A stretch of DNA of 64,000 nucleotides from Phoronis australis (Eukaryota > Animalia > Phoronida): NCBI GenBank assembly GCA_002633005.1, contig NMRA01000073.1:582150-646149 (forward strand). The letters run 5' to 3'. A model generated the notes under the pieces. The model searched no databases, had not been told where the DNA came from, and saw only the letters and a list, made by a program, of their open reading frames with translations. The position numbers and the translations under genes were made by a program. Below are positions 49,701 through 62,109 of the stretch, piece after piece. Within the stretch, counting starts at the first letter, position 1; each line of letters opens with the position of its first letter.

Positions 49701-52700
49701 TGAGTTGAAAACATCTCAACATGAGTGAAGACAATCCCTTCAAAATACCTAAATGAAAGGTCGCCAACTGCTCTTTGTGTTGCCTTTGCCAAGAACAATC
49801 TAACAGAGAATTACGATAAAAAGGAGTGTTATCACAGTACCTACCAAACCCTTGAAGATGATTTGAAACGTTTTGTCGACAACAATGTACCTTTACTGTT
49901 GGTAGTGAACCTGAAGTGCCTGGATGACGGTTCAAGAACAGCTACACATTGCTAAAAAATGAAGTTAAATGCCACAATCCGCTCAAACACTGTACAGCGA
50001 GAACTGGATAAAAGGAACAGGGAAGACTCAGATAGTGAAGAGAATTTGAGTCAAATTTTAATGCACGCCTCGATCGCACCAATATGTAGCGTGTCTGCTG
50101 TGAGAAGGTTCAAGATGAAAAGATGAAATATACAGAGCTCAACAGATGGATTACGGAACCCAAGAACTGGGTGGTATTTGAACGTTTAAACATCCAACAA
50201 AAATAATGTAACCAATAGATGTAAGTGTGGAGCTGTGCGAGGATAAGCATTTGACATTTTTTGTCCAGAAACAATGCAGGGGGCCAAATGTTTGATGTTT
50301 TCACTCCAGAGACAGTATATGAAAATTTAAATGGTCTCAAAACATAAAACTAACATCAGAAGTAAACTCCTCACGCCCAAAATATTGAAAACGTGATAAT
50401 AATAGCCAAGATATGCAAATTCCCATTTTCGGCAGTGGCCATATTGGATTTTATACATAACGGCCACAAGGGGGTTAGCAGTTTGCTTGGGGTGTTTTTT
50501 TTAGAAGTGTTTAACTTATCCCAAACATTGTACGAAATTGCACAAACTTGTCACAAAGTGCTTGATTTTCATTAATTCCCTTCCCGCTATTACTTCTCAC
50601 ATCTAGTTTATAAGGGGCAACCAGAGTTTGGAGAAAACCATGCTGGATCAGCGGAGGATTGGGATTTCCCACTGCTTCCTCCTTAAACAAGAAAATATTC
50701 CACGACCAGTTACACACAGCAATAATACACGATGTACAACCTGTCATGTGCGCTCACAGTAGCACCATGAGTCAGTAGAAGCTCAACACAGTTATAAGCT
50801 TCAGACTCTAACACCCGACTTGACCCGCAGGCAGCCATAAGCACGGAGAATCTATCTGAAATGGATACAAAATACTTTGTGTTCCTGCTGTACGTCGTTG
50901 TGTTGACAAAAATTGGCCAGCTTTCACATTTCAAATTTCAAGCTGATTTCCCAGCTGTGGTCACGGAAGTCTAATTAGTTCTGGATTGAATCACTTGTCA
51001 CAGCCATCAATACCACTCTTTGACATAACTGTACTGTGTCATGTCTATGAGATTAAAAAATGTGAAGCACATGTTAAATCAGTGGGCACTAGGATTGGTA
51101 TATGTACCAGGAGCCAGTGTACAACCCTGAGTGTTGTATCCAATATATAACACACGCAAGCACGCACAAACACACACACCCACAGGCATTCTGAGACTGG
51201 ATATATGCGGACATCCATAAGTATCCAATGAGGGGCTAAATGTGAGAGCTGCAATAAATAGCAACTTGGGGGGCACTTTGCNNNNNNNNNNNNNNNNNNN
51301 NNNNNNNNNNNNNNNNNNNNNNNNNNNNNNNNNNNNNNNNNNNNNNNNNNNNNNNNNNNNNNNNNNNNNNNNNNNNNNNNNNNNNNNNNNNNNNNNNNNN
51401 NNNNNNNNNNNNNNNNNNNNNNNNNNNNNNNNNNNNNNNNNNNNNNNNNNNNNNNNNNNNNNNNNNNNNNNNNNNNNNTTCTGGATTGAATCACTTGTCA
51501 CAGCCATCAATACCACTCTTTGACATAACTGTACTGTGTCATGTCTATGAGATTAAAAAATGTGAAGCACGTGTTAAATCAGTGGGGACTAGGATTGGTA
51601 TATGTACCAGGAGCCAGTGTACAACCCTGAGTGTTGTATCCAATATATAACACACGCAAGCACGCACAAACACACACACCCACAGGCATTCTGAGACAGG
51701 ATATATGCGGACATCCATAAGTATCCAATGAGGGGCTAAATGTGAGAGCTGCAATAAATAGCAACTTGGGGGGCACTTTGCCATAAGGAGAGTCTAATGC
51801 TAATAAAACTAAAATGACTTACAAGTTACAGAGCAACATGTTTGCTATGGCCATGGTCCCATTGTGCCCCCCCCCCCCTCCCTATGGCTATGTCCGTGGA
51901 CATGCTTTTGAATTACGCCAGTTTTAGAAACTAAATCCCTGCTGGTAAGGTTCACATAGGTCAAATAACCCCAGATACAGAATATTTTTCACTAAAAAGA
52001 TGAAGCAGCCAAAAATTTTAAAAACTGTGTCGTAGACATAATTTGCGGAGGATAGGGTGCTAAGATTGTTCAGCAAAAACCTACAATATGGCAGATATTT
52101 TGCGATTCCAGTGGCATGCCTGAATCACAATTGGGTTGAGTACCCACAACACGCAAACTCTATTACACACTAGATGGAGCAAGTGCCTCGCTCACCATTA
52201 CTGAAATTGACATCAGCACCATTGTCCAACAAAAGCTGCAGTAGTGCTATGTTTGAACAGCTGGCAGCATACATTAACGGGGTCCAGCCAGACTTGAGAA
52301 TGGTGTCCACATCAATACCTGAAATTATGAACAAGGGCTGGAACAAACGGTGTACAGCTATAACACAACTACAAGTGGTCATGTTCAGACTAAACATCAA
52401 CTTGAAGTTGCTGGACACGAATTATGCTAATGGAACGGCCAAAATTTGAATTAAACAATTCTTTGTATGTTTTTCAATGAAACACATCATGATCTTGTGA
52501 TTCCAGTAGAAAAAATCCCCAAAGACATGCCTCCATGCAAACAATTGTGGAAAATTTTTTAATCGGGCTGCCCGTCAAAAATTTGGTCCCTGATTATTTT
52601 TAGAGAATGCAAGGACATACGACTTTGGGTATTTCTTGAACCGAGTCAAAGATTATGATTCATTTTGATGTATATCATACAAAAAATTCTGTTTAGTTAG

Positions 52701-55308
52701 AATATAGCCATTTTATTTACCGAACTTGGGTCCAGCAATAGAATAACAAGCTGGAAGATTTTGGCCATACAAATTACACTAACTGTAAGATATAACAAAA
52801 AACTGTCAAAAACTCAACAAGTTAGAATTGATGGAGCACAATTTTGCAGATTGCGAAACGCGCGCAACCTATCGGTCAATGTAATAGTCCAAGGCAATTT
52901 CCATGACTGGACACAGTAATACCAGTTGGTAGCATCTTCACGTATCAGCAGCTACAAAACTAACCAGAATCTAAATGCCTTTTGACGATATCTACGTTCC
53001 CTTTCATGACAGCTGCCCTGAAGTCATCAACAGTCAAATCATTGCCAGCGGCAGAAGAAACAATGGGTTTCGACGGTTTTGAGATTTGGCCAAAGCCTCC
53101 ACGTGATTGGCTAGAGAACGAAGACCCATTCTGTGTTGGCATTGCCTGTGGAAGAAATGAAAACAAAACAGTTGAGTGCACAAGAACTGGCAATACAGGT
53201 TTCTTATCCAGTAATGATTAAAATGTCAAAGTCACGTTGTTATAAATACCTTTTGCGCATAGATGGACACCTTAGGAGGCCGTCGATAAATTTAATTCCC
53301 TCCAACTCGAAGAAATACTCCTGCAACAGGAGTGCCCTGAACACAATTGAGATATATGCGCCCTCTGGTGGACAAGCTGTACATTACTGAGGTGTGGACT
53401 TTTTCTATATTTTTGGATCCTTTGGACACGACAAAATTTAGGCATGCTTGATCAGATCCTAGGAATTATGAGCCTTGCCCCTACATATCATATCCGATTG
53501 GTTGAAATTGTGTACTTAAGCTTCGTCTCCGTCAGACACGAGGAGTACAGTCGCAGAGCTCAAGAAATCAACACCTACACTGTCTCTCACTCACACCAAA
53601 CTCCAACTATTCGTGCAGCTTTCGGGCTCCTCCCGAACTTGGTTGCCAATAGTTTAGTCACCAGCAAGTCTCGGGATCCTCCCGAGCTTGACTGCTGTTC
53701 ACATTTCAGATCAATAACTAAATTGCCCCCGTTTCAGCACATACAACTACTAAATAGTGACTGGCATGCCTGTGAATCAAAACTGTCTAAATCACAACGC
53801 TGTGATATACTAGATCATGGAACAACTGGATTGCTTGTAAGTGTGACATATTGTACTTATAACTTAATTATGTATTATTCACCAATTTTAGTTTTCAATA
53901 TCACCCTCTGTCTGCACCGGGCTCGTAAAACCGGTGCGCCTTGGTCGTAGATACCGTCCCTGTTACACTCTCATTATCAATCTTTTTCTTTGAGCAGTCC
54001 CTCATTCAGTTCCCAAAATCGGTAGCTCGCTATTTTTTACACTGCGTGTGGCATGTGGTGTAACGTACGTCATATCCCTTGGCATGTGCAGTGTAAAAAT
54101 GGCAAGTTACTGATTTTGGGAACTGAACAAGGGACTGCTTGAAGAAAAAGGTTGATAATTGGAGTATCTCTTCGAGTTGGAAGGAATCAAATACATCGAC
54201 GGCCTCCTAAGGTGTTCCTCTATGTGCAAAAGGTATTTATAAGAACCAGACTTTGATGTTCTAGTCAGTGTGAGGCAAAATTCGCCAAAATACTTACGGC
54301 GTATGATGCTCCAAAAGGAGCTCCATTGTCTCTACTGGTCCAGTTAGAGATGGTGAGTGATCACTGTCTAAATTTGCCGAAAAGCTTCAGCATATGAAGC
54401 ACCCCATATAGGAGCTTCATCGTCTCTACTGAGCCAGCTAGAGATGGTGGTCACTTATCTAGGCGTTCAACATGACGGTTAAGAGTTTAAATCTCTGTTG
54501 GTATAAAGTGTTTGCCTGGTACTCAAAATCAGGGGTCGCTTTACTCAACCAGTGCCTTTGGCGTCGAAGTTGAGTTTTTCATAATCCAGTCATCAGACAG
54601 CCAGTGGTCTGAGTAGACAGTGACCACCGTCCTACTGGCGCCAGTAGGACGGTGGAGCTCCAATAGACTCTTCATACACCGGAATTTTTTCGGCGAATTA
54701 TGCCTCGCACTGACTAAAACATCATAGTCACATTGTTATAATACCTTTTGCGCATGCAGGAACCCCAGGGGATATGACATCATACCACCTGAAAGGCGCA
54801 GTGTTAAAAATGGCGATCGAGTTACTGGGAACTGAACGAGGGACTGCTCATAAAAAAGTTTGATAACGTAAGTATTTGTTCGAATTGGAAGATATTAAAT
54901 ACCTCGATGGCCTCAGGCAAAAGGTATTTATTACATTGTGACTTTGATTTTTAGTGAGTGTGTGGCATAAATCCACTAAGTAACGGCCCGTTATTTAGTG
55001 ACTGCCTGGTTCTCTAACTGCGGGACCGCTATATCCGACCAGTGCCTCTATGACTATGCCTATGCTATGCCATGGTCTGAGCGATTGACTGACACACTGA
55101 CAGTGACAGTAACAGTGACAGTGTCACCGTTTGGCCCTCTGTTCCTCAAATACAAGTTGAACACCTTCGAAGAAACCTGTTGTGATGTATGGTGAGTAGA
55201 TTCATAATCATCTGTGTACGATCTACTACGTGTTCTATCGCCGAAGTCGAATCCATCGTCGTCCGACTCGTCCGAATAGTATCCTGCCGGTGCAAACCCC
55301 GAAGCCAT
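40747..55308 (-). CDS. ASZ1: ASZ1/GASZ-like ankyrin repeat, SAM and C-terminal membrane-anchor protein, 12 coding exons (~521-525 aa)
   Basis: Exons with GT-AG borders and consistent phases: 55308-55165 (or 55177), 53145-52965, 52318-52196, 50855-50741, 48592-48481, 46819-46691, 45061-44940, 44555-44423, 44017-43902, 43116-42996, 41345-41241, 40923-40747 (TAA). Protein: acidic N-terminus MASGFAPAGYYSDESDDDGFDFG; ankyrin repeats (GWTPLMYAAS, MSPLIYAAREG, GWT|ALVWAAS); SAM domain (SYVKFGDLELLLSGLQL...LGISQLGYRKKIL); hydrophobic tail RRWLGLTCLGLGSLCVAIYWHR. Order and motifs match my recollection of vertebrate ASZ1. Confidence 0.92.
42547..42856. mobile_element. Short TIR element in an ASZ1 intron
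   Basis: CAGGGGCGGATCCAGG...CCTAAACCTGCCACTG; a related inverted shorter copy lies at 61043-61195. Confidence 0.6.
43365..43509. mobile_element. Head-to-tail dimer of a ~75-bp MITE-like unit
   Basis: CATGGGCGGCGCAGCACTGAAAAAG...GCCTATAG followed by CATGGCCGGCGTAGCACTGAAAAAAG...GCCCATG. Confidence 0.55.
45660..46479. mobile_element. PIF/Harbinger-like MITE with TTA target-site duplication
   Basis: TTA|GGGCTGTTCCAGTAAAATCCGTGTGGGAGGGGGGG ... CCCCCCCCTCCCATACAGATTTTGCTGGAACAGCCC|TTA. Confidence 0.8.
47031..47382 (+). repeat. 27-bp minisatellite CATAGCCAGTCATTTCCACTATATCAY
   Basis: About 13 copies; the source of the spurious SQSFPLYHH ORF. Confidence 0.95.
47600..48215. mobile_element. Degenerate foldback/MITE; related copy at ~59720-60250
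   Basis: 47605-47700 is an imperfect reverse complement of 48130-48210; 59750-59930 resembles the reverse complement of 47900-48080. Confidence 0.5.
49010..50589 (+). mobile_element. Academ-like DNA transposon deletion derivative in ASZ1 intron 4
   Basis: TTA|TAGCGGAAGGG...AAGCACTTTGTGACAAGTTTTTGCAATTTGGTACAATGTT is inverted at AACATTGTACGAAATTGCACAAACTTGTCACAAAGTGCTT...CCCTTCCCGCTA|TTA (TAG...CTA termini, 3-bp TSD). Internal remnant YQTLEDDLKRFVDNNVPLLLVVNLKCLDDGS. Confidence 0.75.
50979..51781. repeat. ~300-bp duplication flanking the N-gap (probable assembly overlap)
   Basis: 50979-51281 is nearly identical to 51479-51781. Confidence 0.85.
53220..54975. repeat. Alternating inverted-repeat (foldback) cluster in ASZ1 intron 1
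   Basis: The block AAAGTCAC..TATAAATACCTTTTGCGCAT occurs at 53228 (+), ~54225-54255 (-), ~54727 (+) and ~54917-54945 (-); a palindrome spans 53971-54160. Confidence 0.75.
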
Positions 55309-55490
55309 GCGTGCAAAGGTGCTTCGGGAGCTCGCCACGAAAAGAGATTTGTTTGTAACCTGTACATCCGGTTTATATGTTACGTAAACAAGACTGCGTC
55401 GTTGAGAGAGTATCGTGAATACTTGTGTTTTTCAGGTGTTTTGTGGGAGTTCGTGATTACGAGGTATTGGGATTGTTTCTAGGTAGGACT
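55309..55490. promoter_or_regulatory. Candidate bidirectional promoter shared by ASZ1 and the ASB gene
   Basis: CpG-enriched stretch just upstream of the ASZ1 ATG, with TTACGTAA palindrome and GTAAACA motif at ~55379-55390. Plus-strand donor-like AG|GTAGGA at 55482/83 could splice to acceptor TTTCAG|G at 57315/16. Confidence 0.4.
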
Positions 55491-55719
55491 TGCGTGTCCT
55501 TTACCTTTTTCTACCGTTTAATGCAATTTTTGACTTTTTTCAACAAGAATCATAAAAGTCCTAATTTTGCTAGCCCCTCTTGAATTGGGTCATTTAGATT
55601 TAAACAGTAACAGCGTTTGGAAAACAGTAAATTGTGCATAGTGTCTGGAAGTTTTATTATAATCTGATCAGCTATTTCTGAATCATATTCCGAGGTTATG
55701 CATCTCAAATTGGAAAACT

Positions 55720-57060
55720 GTCTAAAGTCTTTCATGTGGCTGCCTTTGAAGTTTGAGCCTTTGACTGAACATAGCCATAGTCATAGACCATCCGGCATCC
55801 ACGACCATTTGCCATTTGGACTGAGGAGGGAAGTTTGAGGCAGGAGGTTTCAATATTCGAAACTAACTAGTCGACAGCAAACTGTAGTTGTCACTGGTGA
55901 GAAGTCGTCAAGTATACCTGTGGAGTTTGGGGTACTGCAAGGCTCAGTATTAGGCTCTTTCTTGTTCCTGTTGTACATAATGATTTCCCCCTACTCGGCC
56001 CTAGTCCTGTCTGGCAAAACCAGACGATTCAATATGATACAACATTGCCAACTGACAGAGAGACTCTGCAGAAAGATCTTATAGATAGTCTGGCCCTGTG
56101 GGAGGACAAGCGGCTTATGACTTTCTACCCAACAAGTGTGGTGCCCTCACTCTGACGAGAAAACGCCAAATCCAGCCCACCTTGTGTATGCTTTACAATC
56201 GCACTGTGGCTAGGGTGACTAGGGTCGATCAAGGAGGCTAAATTTTTGGGCATTCCTTACCATTTCGCGTGTCCTCCCACATAAGTAACATCCAGAAGAA
56301 AGCAAGTAAAACTCGAGGCTTTCTTCTGCGAAACTAATGCGTATAAGCAGCCAACGATGCAAGGAGTTTCAATATAAATCTTACAATGGTTCGAACCACC
56401 TTGGAATACATCTGTACTGTTTGTGATCCCTGCTGTAAAGGAATAGCAGAGGATAGTTGCTCGTTGGGTCACCAGATAGTTCAGTCAACTATCCTCTGTT
56501 GGGTCAATGTTAGAAACCTTAAACTGGCCCACCCTCAGCCTCTGAGGCAAGATCTGTAGTCTGAAAATGTTGTGCAAGTATGATAAAAAGTCGTTGATCA
56601 TCAATTAAGATGTTGCCCGTGTCACAGATTCTGCCCTCTCTAGCATCCGTACCAGAAGGTCGTCCAATTATAACATTCCATATATAAATAGGACAAATTA
56701 CAGGAAAAAGACATTATTTCCTAAAACAGTCACAGAATAGAATACGTTGCCAGGCTACACTACATTGGCCCCTTCTCTTGACATCTTTGTAAACTATTTG
56801 CCCTTCTGTGCTTCCATCTAGGATCCTGCTTACTATCTTCCCTCTATGTAAACGACCTAGCTTTTAAATGTTAACCGGTCTCTGAAGTAACGTCCACTAT
56901 CTATATATTTTTAAATTTGTTTTTGTCTTTGTTAATATTCATTGTTATTGAGTGACATAATACTCAGTAGAGAGTGAATCTGTGTGAATCATTCAACTAT
57001 TCGACAGTACAACAGTGATTATTTGATGACTGTAATAATTGTCCTGCAAAAAATAAAAGA
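55720..57060 (+). mobile_element. Highly degenerate CR1/L2-group LINE
   Basis: Fragments VVVTGEKSSSIPVEFGVLQGSVLGSFLFLLYI, KKASKTRGFL, MVRTTLEY; many stops and frameshifts. Confidence 0.75.
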
Positions 57061-57380
57061 GTGCTCGGTAATACATTTGCATTAAACCCACATACTAGAA
57101 TGCAGAATGCTATTTAACATATACTCTATCGCCATCTTATGAGAAAACCTATTGCATCACGTCGCTACTATATTAGAAAATGGCCATTAAAAATTGGAGT
57201 TATGAATTTTGCATTTTAAGTTCAGAATCACGTGGTGGATTTGTTTCTGAGCAGTGTTCATTGTATGGTTCTTCACTGAACCCCAATGCTATATTTATTG
57301 AATCATGTATTTCAGGAGTATGGGCTTTTTAGTCAAGAGGCTGGCTCTCTTATAAAATAATTATTGTACAAACTGAAAAC

Positions 57381-59025
57381 ATGAGTACCAGTTTTGAGGA
57401 AATGCATTTTGCCTTGAGAGGGCAAGAACAAAAATATGAAGCCCACAAAACAGGAGAGCAACAGGTGTGCAGTACTATAATCTTTCAGTGGTAATAGTCA
57501 CTTGCAGGGTAACTGCCGTTTCAGAACCAATTTTTCCCCGCAAGCATCAAACTGGTTCGCAAAATCTGGGACTCCTGTATGCAACTATTGTCCTTTCACT
57601 TGCTGTAGTTACCTAGGACACATTATTTCTTGTATAAATCAATGAGTATTTGATTGGAAATCTATCTTTTTCCAATGTGGTTCAGCAATTAAATATTTAA
57701 AGCTCCATGTGAAACTTACTTTTTATTTGTAGAAAACAGAATGCCTTACAATGGGTATCGCCATGACAACTCAAACAAGACGATTTCAAGTATACAGAGC
57801 AGCCATGGATGGAGACACGAAAGTGGTGACATCTTTTGTAGAAACGCCACAGTTTTTCCGTAGCCAGTCCTATCAAGAAGAGCTCAACGTTGCTTTGCTC
57901 TATGCTGCTGCAAGAGGTCAGACAAACACCTTGTCTCTGTTGATCCAGGCCGGTGCTGAAGTCACTGTCCGAAACGATAATGACAATACCGCTCTTCACT
58001 ACGCGTGTTCCAGAAAGCGCTGTAGCGGCAGTGTCATGTCAATGCTTATTGCTGCTGGGGCTAATGTAAATGCGCAGAATTCTGATGGAGAAACTGCTCT
58101 GCATCTTGCATGCAAGTTGCAACTCAACACATTGGTTCACCTTTTACTGGAAAATGGTGCAAATCCCAATTTATTTACTCACGAGTACATGTCCCCACTG
58201 CACTATGCATGTATGCTCATCTTGTGCTATGACCTGCAAGATTTTTGTTCTTGCATGGGCCACGTCTGCTATCGGTATCCGACGCATTTTTCGCAGCAAC
58301 TTGTCGACATCGTGACGAGCCTACTGCAGTACGGAGCAGATGCGAATGCTACGTTCTCTCCCTGTGGCTCTGTCCTGCAGCAAGCAGGCTGTGCTCTGGA
58401 GCTCTCTGTTGGACGCCTTCATATTCAAGTCATAGAATCCTTGGTAGAGGCAGGTGCAAGACTGACCACAGGTGTGTTGAAAAGATTGCTCGATTACTAT
58501 GAATGCTGGATTGCACCTTTAAAAGTCTACACTGCAACTTTTAGAATGTTAATGAAACATGGCATTGACTTAGTGAGACCCATTGCCTCAGGGAGTACAC
58601 CTAAGTCTTCCATACTCGTCTCATTTTTGAATACTTGTTCGATTAACAGTGCAACCAGTTCCGGGGTTTACCTAACAACGTCAGAAATGTTTTACTGCAT
58701 TGAACTGCTTCTGCAAAATGGCTACCCCATCAGTCAAGATTACCCCTTTCTCCACTCAGTTTTGAAAAGCGATAGTCTTGTGTATTCTCGGTACCCACAT
58801 CTTTGTGTGTACTTAAGGAACAAGTGCCGCACACCGTGCAGTCTTGGTCAGTTGTGTCGTGTGAGAATTCGTCGTTGTTTATCCGAAAGCAATAACCAAC
58901 AGTCTGTGATTAAGTTTGTCAAATTGTTACCCTTGCCAATGTCACTTAAAGCATATATCAGGTTAGATGATGTCAAGTATGTTGCGGAGACGGGTTGCCT
59001 GGATAATAATCTGTTCATGGCATGA
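57381..59025 (+). CDS. Ankyrin repeat and SOCS box (ASB-family) protein, two coding exons (57381-57464, 57733-59025)
   Basis: The 424-aa ORF has ankyrin repeats (NTALHYAC, GETALHLAC, MSPLHYAC) and a C-terminal SOCS box (PCSLGQLCRVRIRRCL...LLPLPMSLKAYI). An upstream exon MSTSFEEMHFALRGQEQKYEAHKTGEQQ ends CAG|GTGTGC and joins in phase 0 to acceptor TTTGTAG|AAA at 57733. Confidence 0.88.
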
Positions 59026-62000
59026 GCCAGAGTGGAGATACCTGGCCAACATAACTGCATAATTAGCCTGTCATGGACTTGATATTAATTTTTACGAAGC
59101 ATAGTTTCATGATAATAATAACCATGGATGCCTGATTAAAGTGGCCAACCATTGTCATACAAAATGGCCAACCTATGACATGCAAAATGGCCGACCTATT
59201 ACATACAAAAAGGTCAGAAGACATATTAACCAAGATCTGTTTCTTTTACCTGTGTATTCATTTGATGGTGCTATGAGCCTGTCTTCTTTCAAAAAAATAA
59301 CTTGGTTTAAACCACCTGCCAGATATGCATTAACTGGCCTGGACTTGTTCCATAGTTAGATGAGATGTCAGTCCAGTGTTTGCTTAGAGGAGTCAGTTAG
59401 TCAATAACCTTCATTTCCAGTCCTTAACGCTATCAATGTCCTTAGATATGAGGACGACTTGTTTTATTGTGGCAAGTGGTATAAATCAAAAGTCACTTTG
59501 TTAGAAGACACAGGTTTACTGTAGCTCAGTGAGACAGAATGATTTTGTATGCATATGTGATATCAATTTCCAATTTTTGGTGCAGGGATGGACATGTATA
59601 TTCATGTAGTAAATGCATCTTTGTCAGGAATAGTACTAATAGTAGACCCCTAAAACTAATTCTTGACAATCACTGTCTTATTGTGTGCAAGGAGCTGTGC
59701 TCAGATTTTTGTACAAGATGATGGTTTCATTTTTTCACGAAAACGATTTTTCATGGAGAACGCATAATTTTCCACAAACACATTGTTTTAGCGCAGAACT
59801 TGCAAATTCTGTTTCTTTGTTTTATTAGCTACTAAAGCTTGCCTAGGATTGTCTTACATGGCCTTATAGCCCAAGAACTCCCTTGCGGAATAAGAGGATT
59901 AAAGTCAACATTTCTTGAAAAACAAAAGTTTTGAGTGTTTACACGCGAGTTCTCATGCTGAAATGCCTTTAAATAAGAAACCTTTCATGTTTTTGTAGTT
60001 AGTAGAATAAAGAAACAGAATTTCTAGGTTTTGGCAAAAATGTATTTGTTTAAAATTAACGGATATCCATGAGATATCAATAAAACACCATGATGTGATC
60101 ACTATCATCTAGCCATTGTGTTTTTACACATTATAGGATTCTGTGGCCATCATGGATTTTAAAAATATATACATGTAGTATATGGGTCTGCTATGAATAG
60201 TTTAAACTGTTATTTAAGAAATTTTATCTGTGGTAAGAAAGGTATCCTATCCAGGCTGGAGAATCAATTCTGTTGATTGGACTCAATTCCACTGATCAAA
60301 CTTGCAAGCAGATTGATCAGAGATTGTGTCTTCACCTCGGGTTACTTGCAGCTGTTTTGGTCAGAATAGTTGTGAGTCACAGCTGGAACTGGAACTGGAA
60401 CGTTTCAACATCCTAATGAGAGGTGTTCAAATTGCATGGTATCTTTTTAGAATTGACCTCCTCTATTCACCAGGTTGTGTTATGACCAGGCTTGCAGGAT
60501 AACTGACTCAAACAGCAATGCATTTTTATATTGTTATCAAGAAATGTTTATTTTATTTTTGTAAAGGACCTAGATAGAGTTACAGGAAATGATTATGTAA
60601 TACGTTATCCACCAACGTGTTAGAAAAATAAAGGATACTTAAACATTAAAGGGGGCAATATAAAAATAAAAATTATTTTTATCTGGGCCACTTGCCACTG
60701 TAAAATAGATTTCAGCTTGTTCGTTACTCGGATGAGATGTGATTTGTGGTCCTGGAAAGACATAACAGGTTCATTATTGTTGGAGAACAAGCTCTGCGAA
60801 TAAAGTGGCACGCGGGGATGACAAGTAAACTAAAGCTGGTCTCAAGCAATGGCAAACTGTCGGGTCTTTCCAAGCCCAGATATCACACCTAGTTTGACTG
60901 GGGATCAATGTGAGGCCACTATTAAAGATATGTGGTCTACTTAAAATATTGGTGACGGAAGGCTGATCTTTCCGTGCTTTTTAAAAGCAACTCAGTGACA
61001 AAATACTACATAAAGTTAAGAATGCGTGCACTGTAATCCAACCCAGTGGCGGATTTAGAGAGGGTCAAGGGGGGCTAAAATTCTCCAAGATTCCATTGGG
61101 CAGTTCGGGAGTGCCAATTTCTGACAGGCAAAATCCTGGCTAATAGCCCTGCCCCCCCCCCCCCAACTCAAAATCCTGGATCCCGGCCGCCCATGCAACC
61201 ATTTCTGTCAACTGTACGAGATGATGGATTAATGGTACAAGTTTAGCATCTGCAGCCGACAAGTTATAATTTTCAGGTTTGTTTTTAAATATGGATGAAT
61301 TTGTAAGAAACACTTGTATTTTCCGTTATGAGACATGCGTGGGTTAAGAGTTCTGTGATATTTGGATTGTTATTTGATAGCCATTGAACTTGTTACTTGT
61401 TCTTTCTTTTGTTTTAAGAAACGTTTGCACCATATTTTGGTGTGCTACCTCTTGCTAGGTGGCAAGATGAGTGAAGGGCTTACTGTTTTCTGTTAAACAT
61501 TGCAAAATAAATTGTTCGACCTCGTTCTCAAGTTTACAAACTTCTTAAATCCTCATACTGCGCCACCTTTTGTTTGGTTCTTGTTTTGGTGGAACTACTT
61601 TCTTTAATTCTCACTGAACTTGTGCGATTTCGCTTTCTCAAGTATGTGCCAAAACATGGACCAATGATAAATCAATAATCAACGGAAAGATTCACCTTGG
61701 CAAACTTGATTAATGGTAACTTGAACCTTTCAGTGGTTATAACAGCTCGCGGCGTGAGACTTTGAAGTACTCGTCCACATGTCGGCTTTTTAGTGTATTT
61801 TTGTATGGGTACTTTTGTTTGTTGGAGTGTTTTGCTTTGTGTAACTAATGTTCGGCCAAACCACTGTCCGTTGAAAAAGGAACCTTTTTTAAAATGTCGA
61901 CCCACTTCCCATTAACGTTGTTTCAGGTGATTCATCACCTTGTCACCTCCGAAAGCGTTCTTCGTATCTATGGGAATGACAGTTAACTTAGAAGAGCGAT

Positions 62001-62109
62001 CCCATGACATCTTATCAGAATGGGACGTCTGCTGTCAGTAGCTAAGTGATGACGTATTTCACGTAAATCGGCCTTCGGCCCACATTACAAGCATATAATA
62101 AACCGAGAG

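Noticed and set aside
50979-51781. LTR-like direct repeats
   Set aside because: They directly flank an N-gap and lack TG..CA ends or a PBS; typical unmerged contig overlap.
53444-53950. 168-aa plus-strand ORF
   Set aside because: Antisense within ASZ1 intron 1, among repeats, with no domain similarity.
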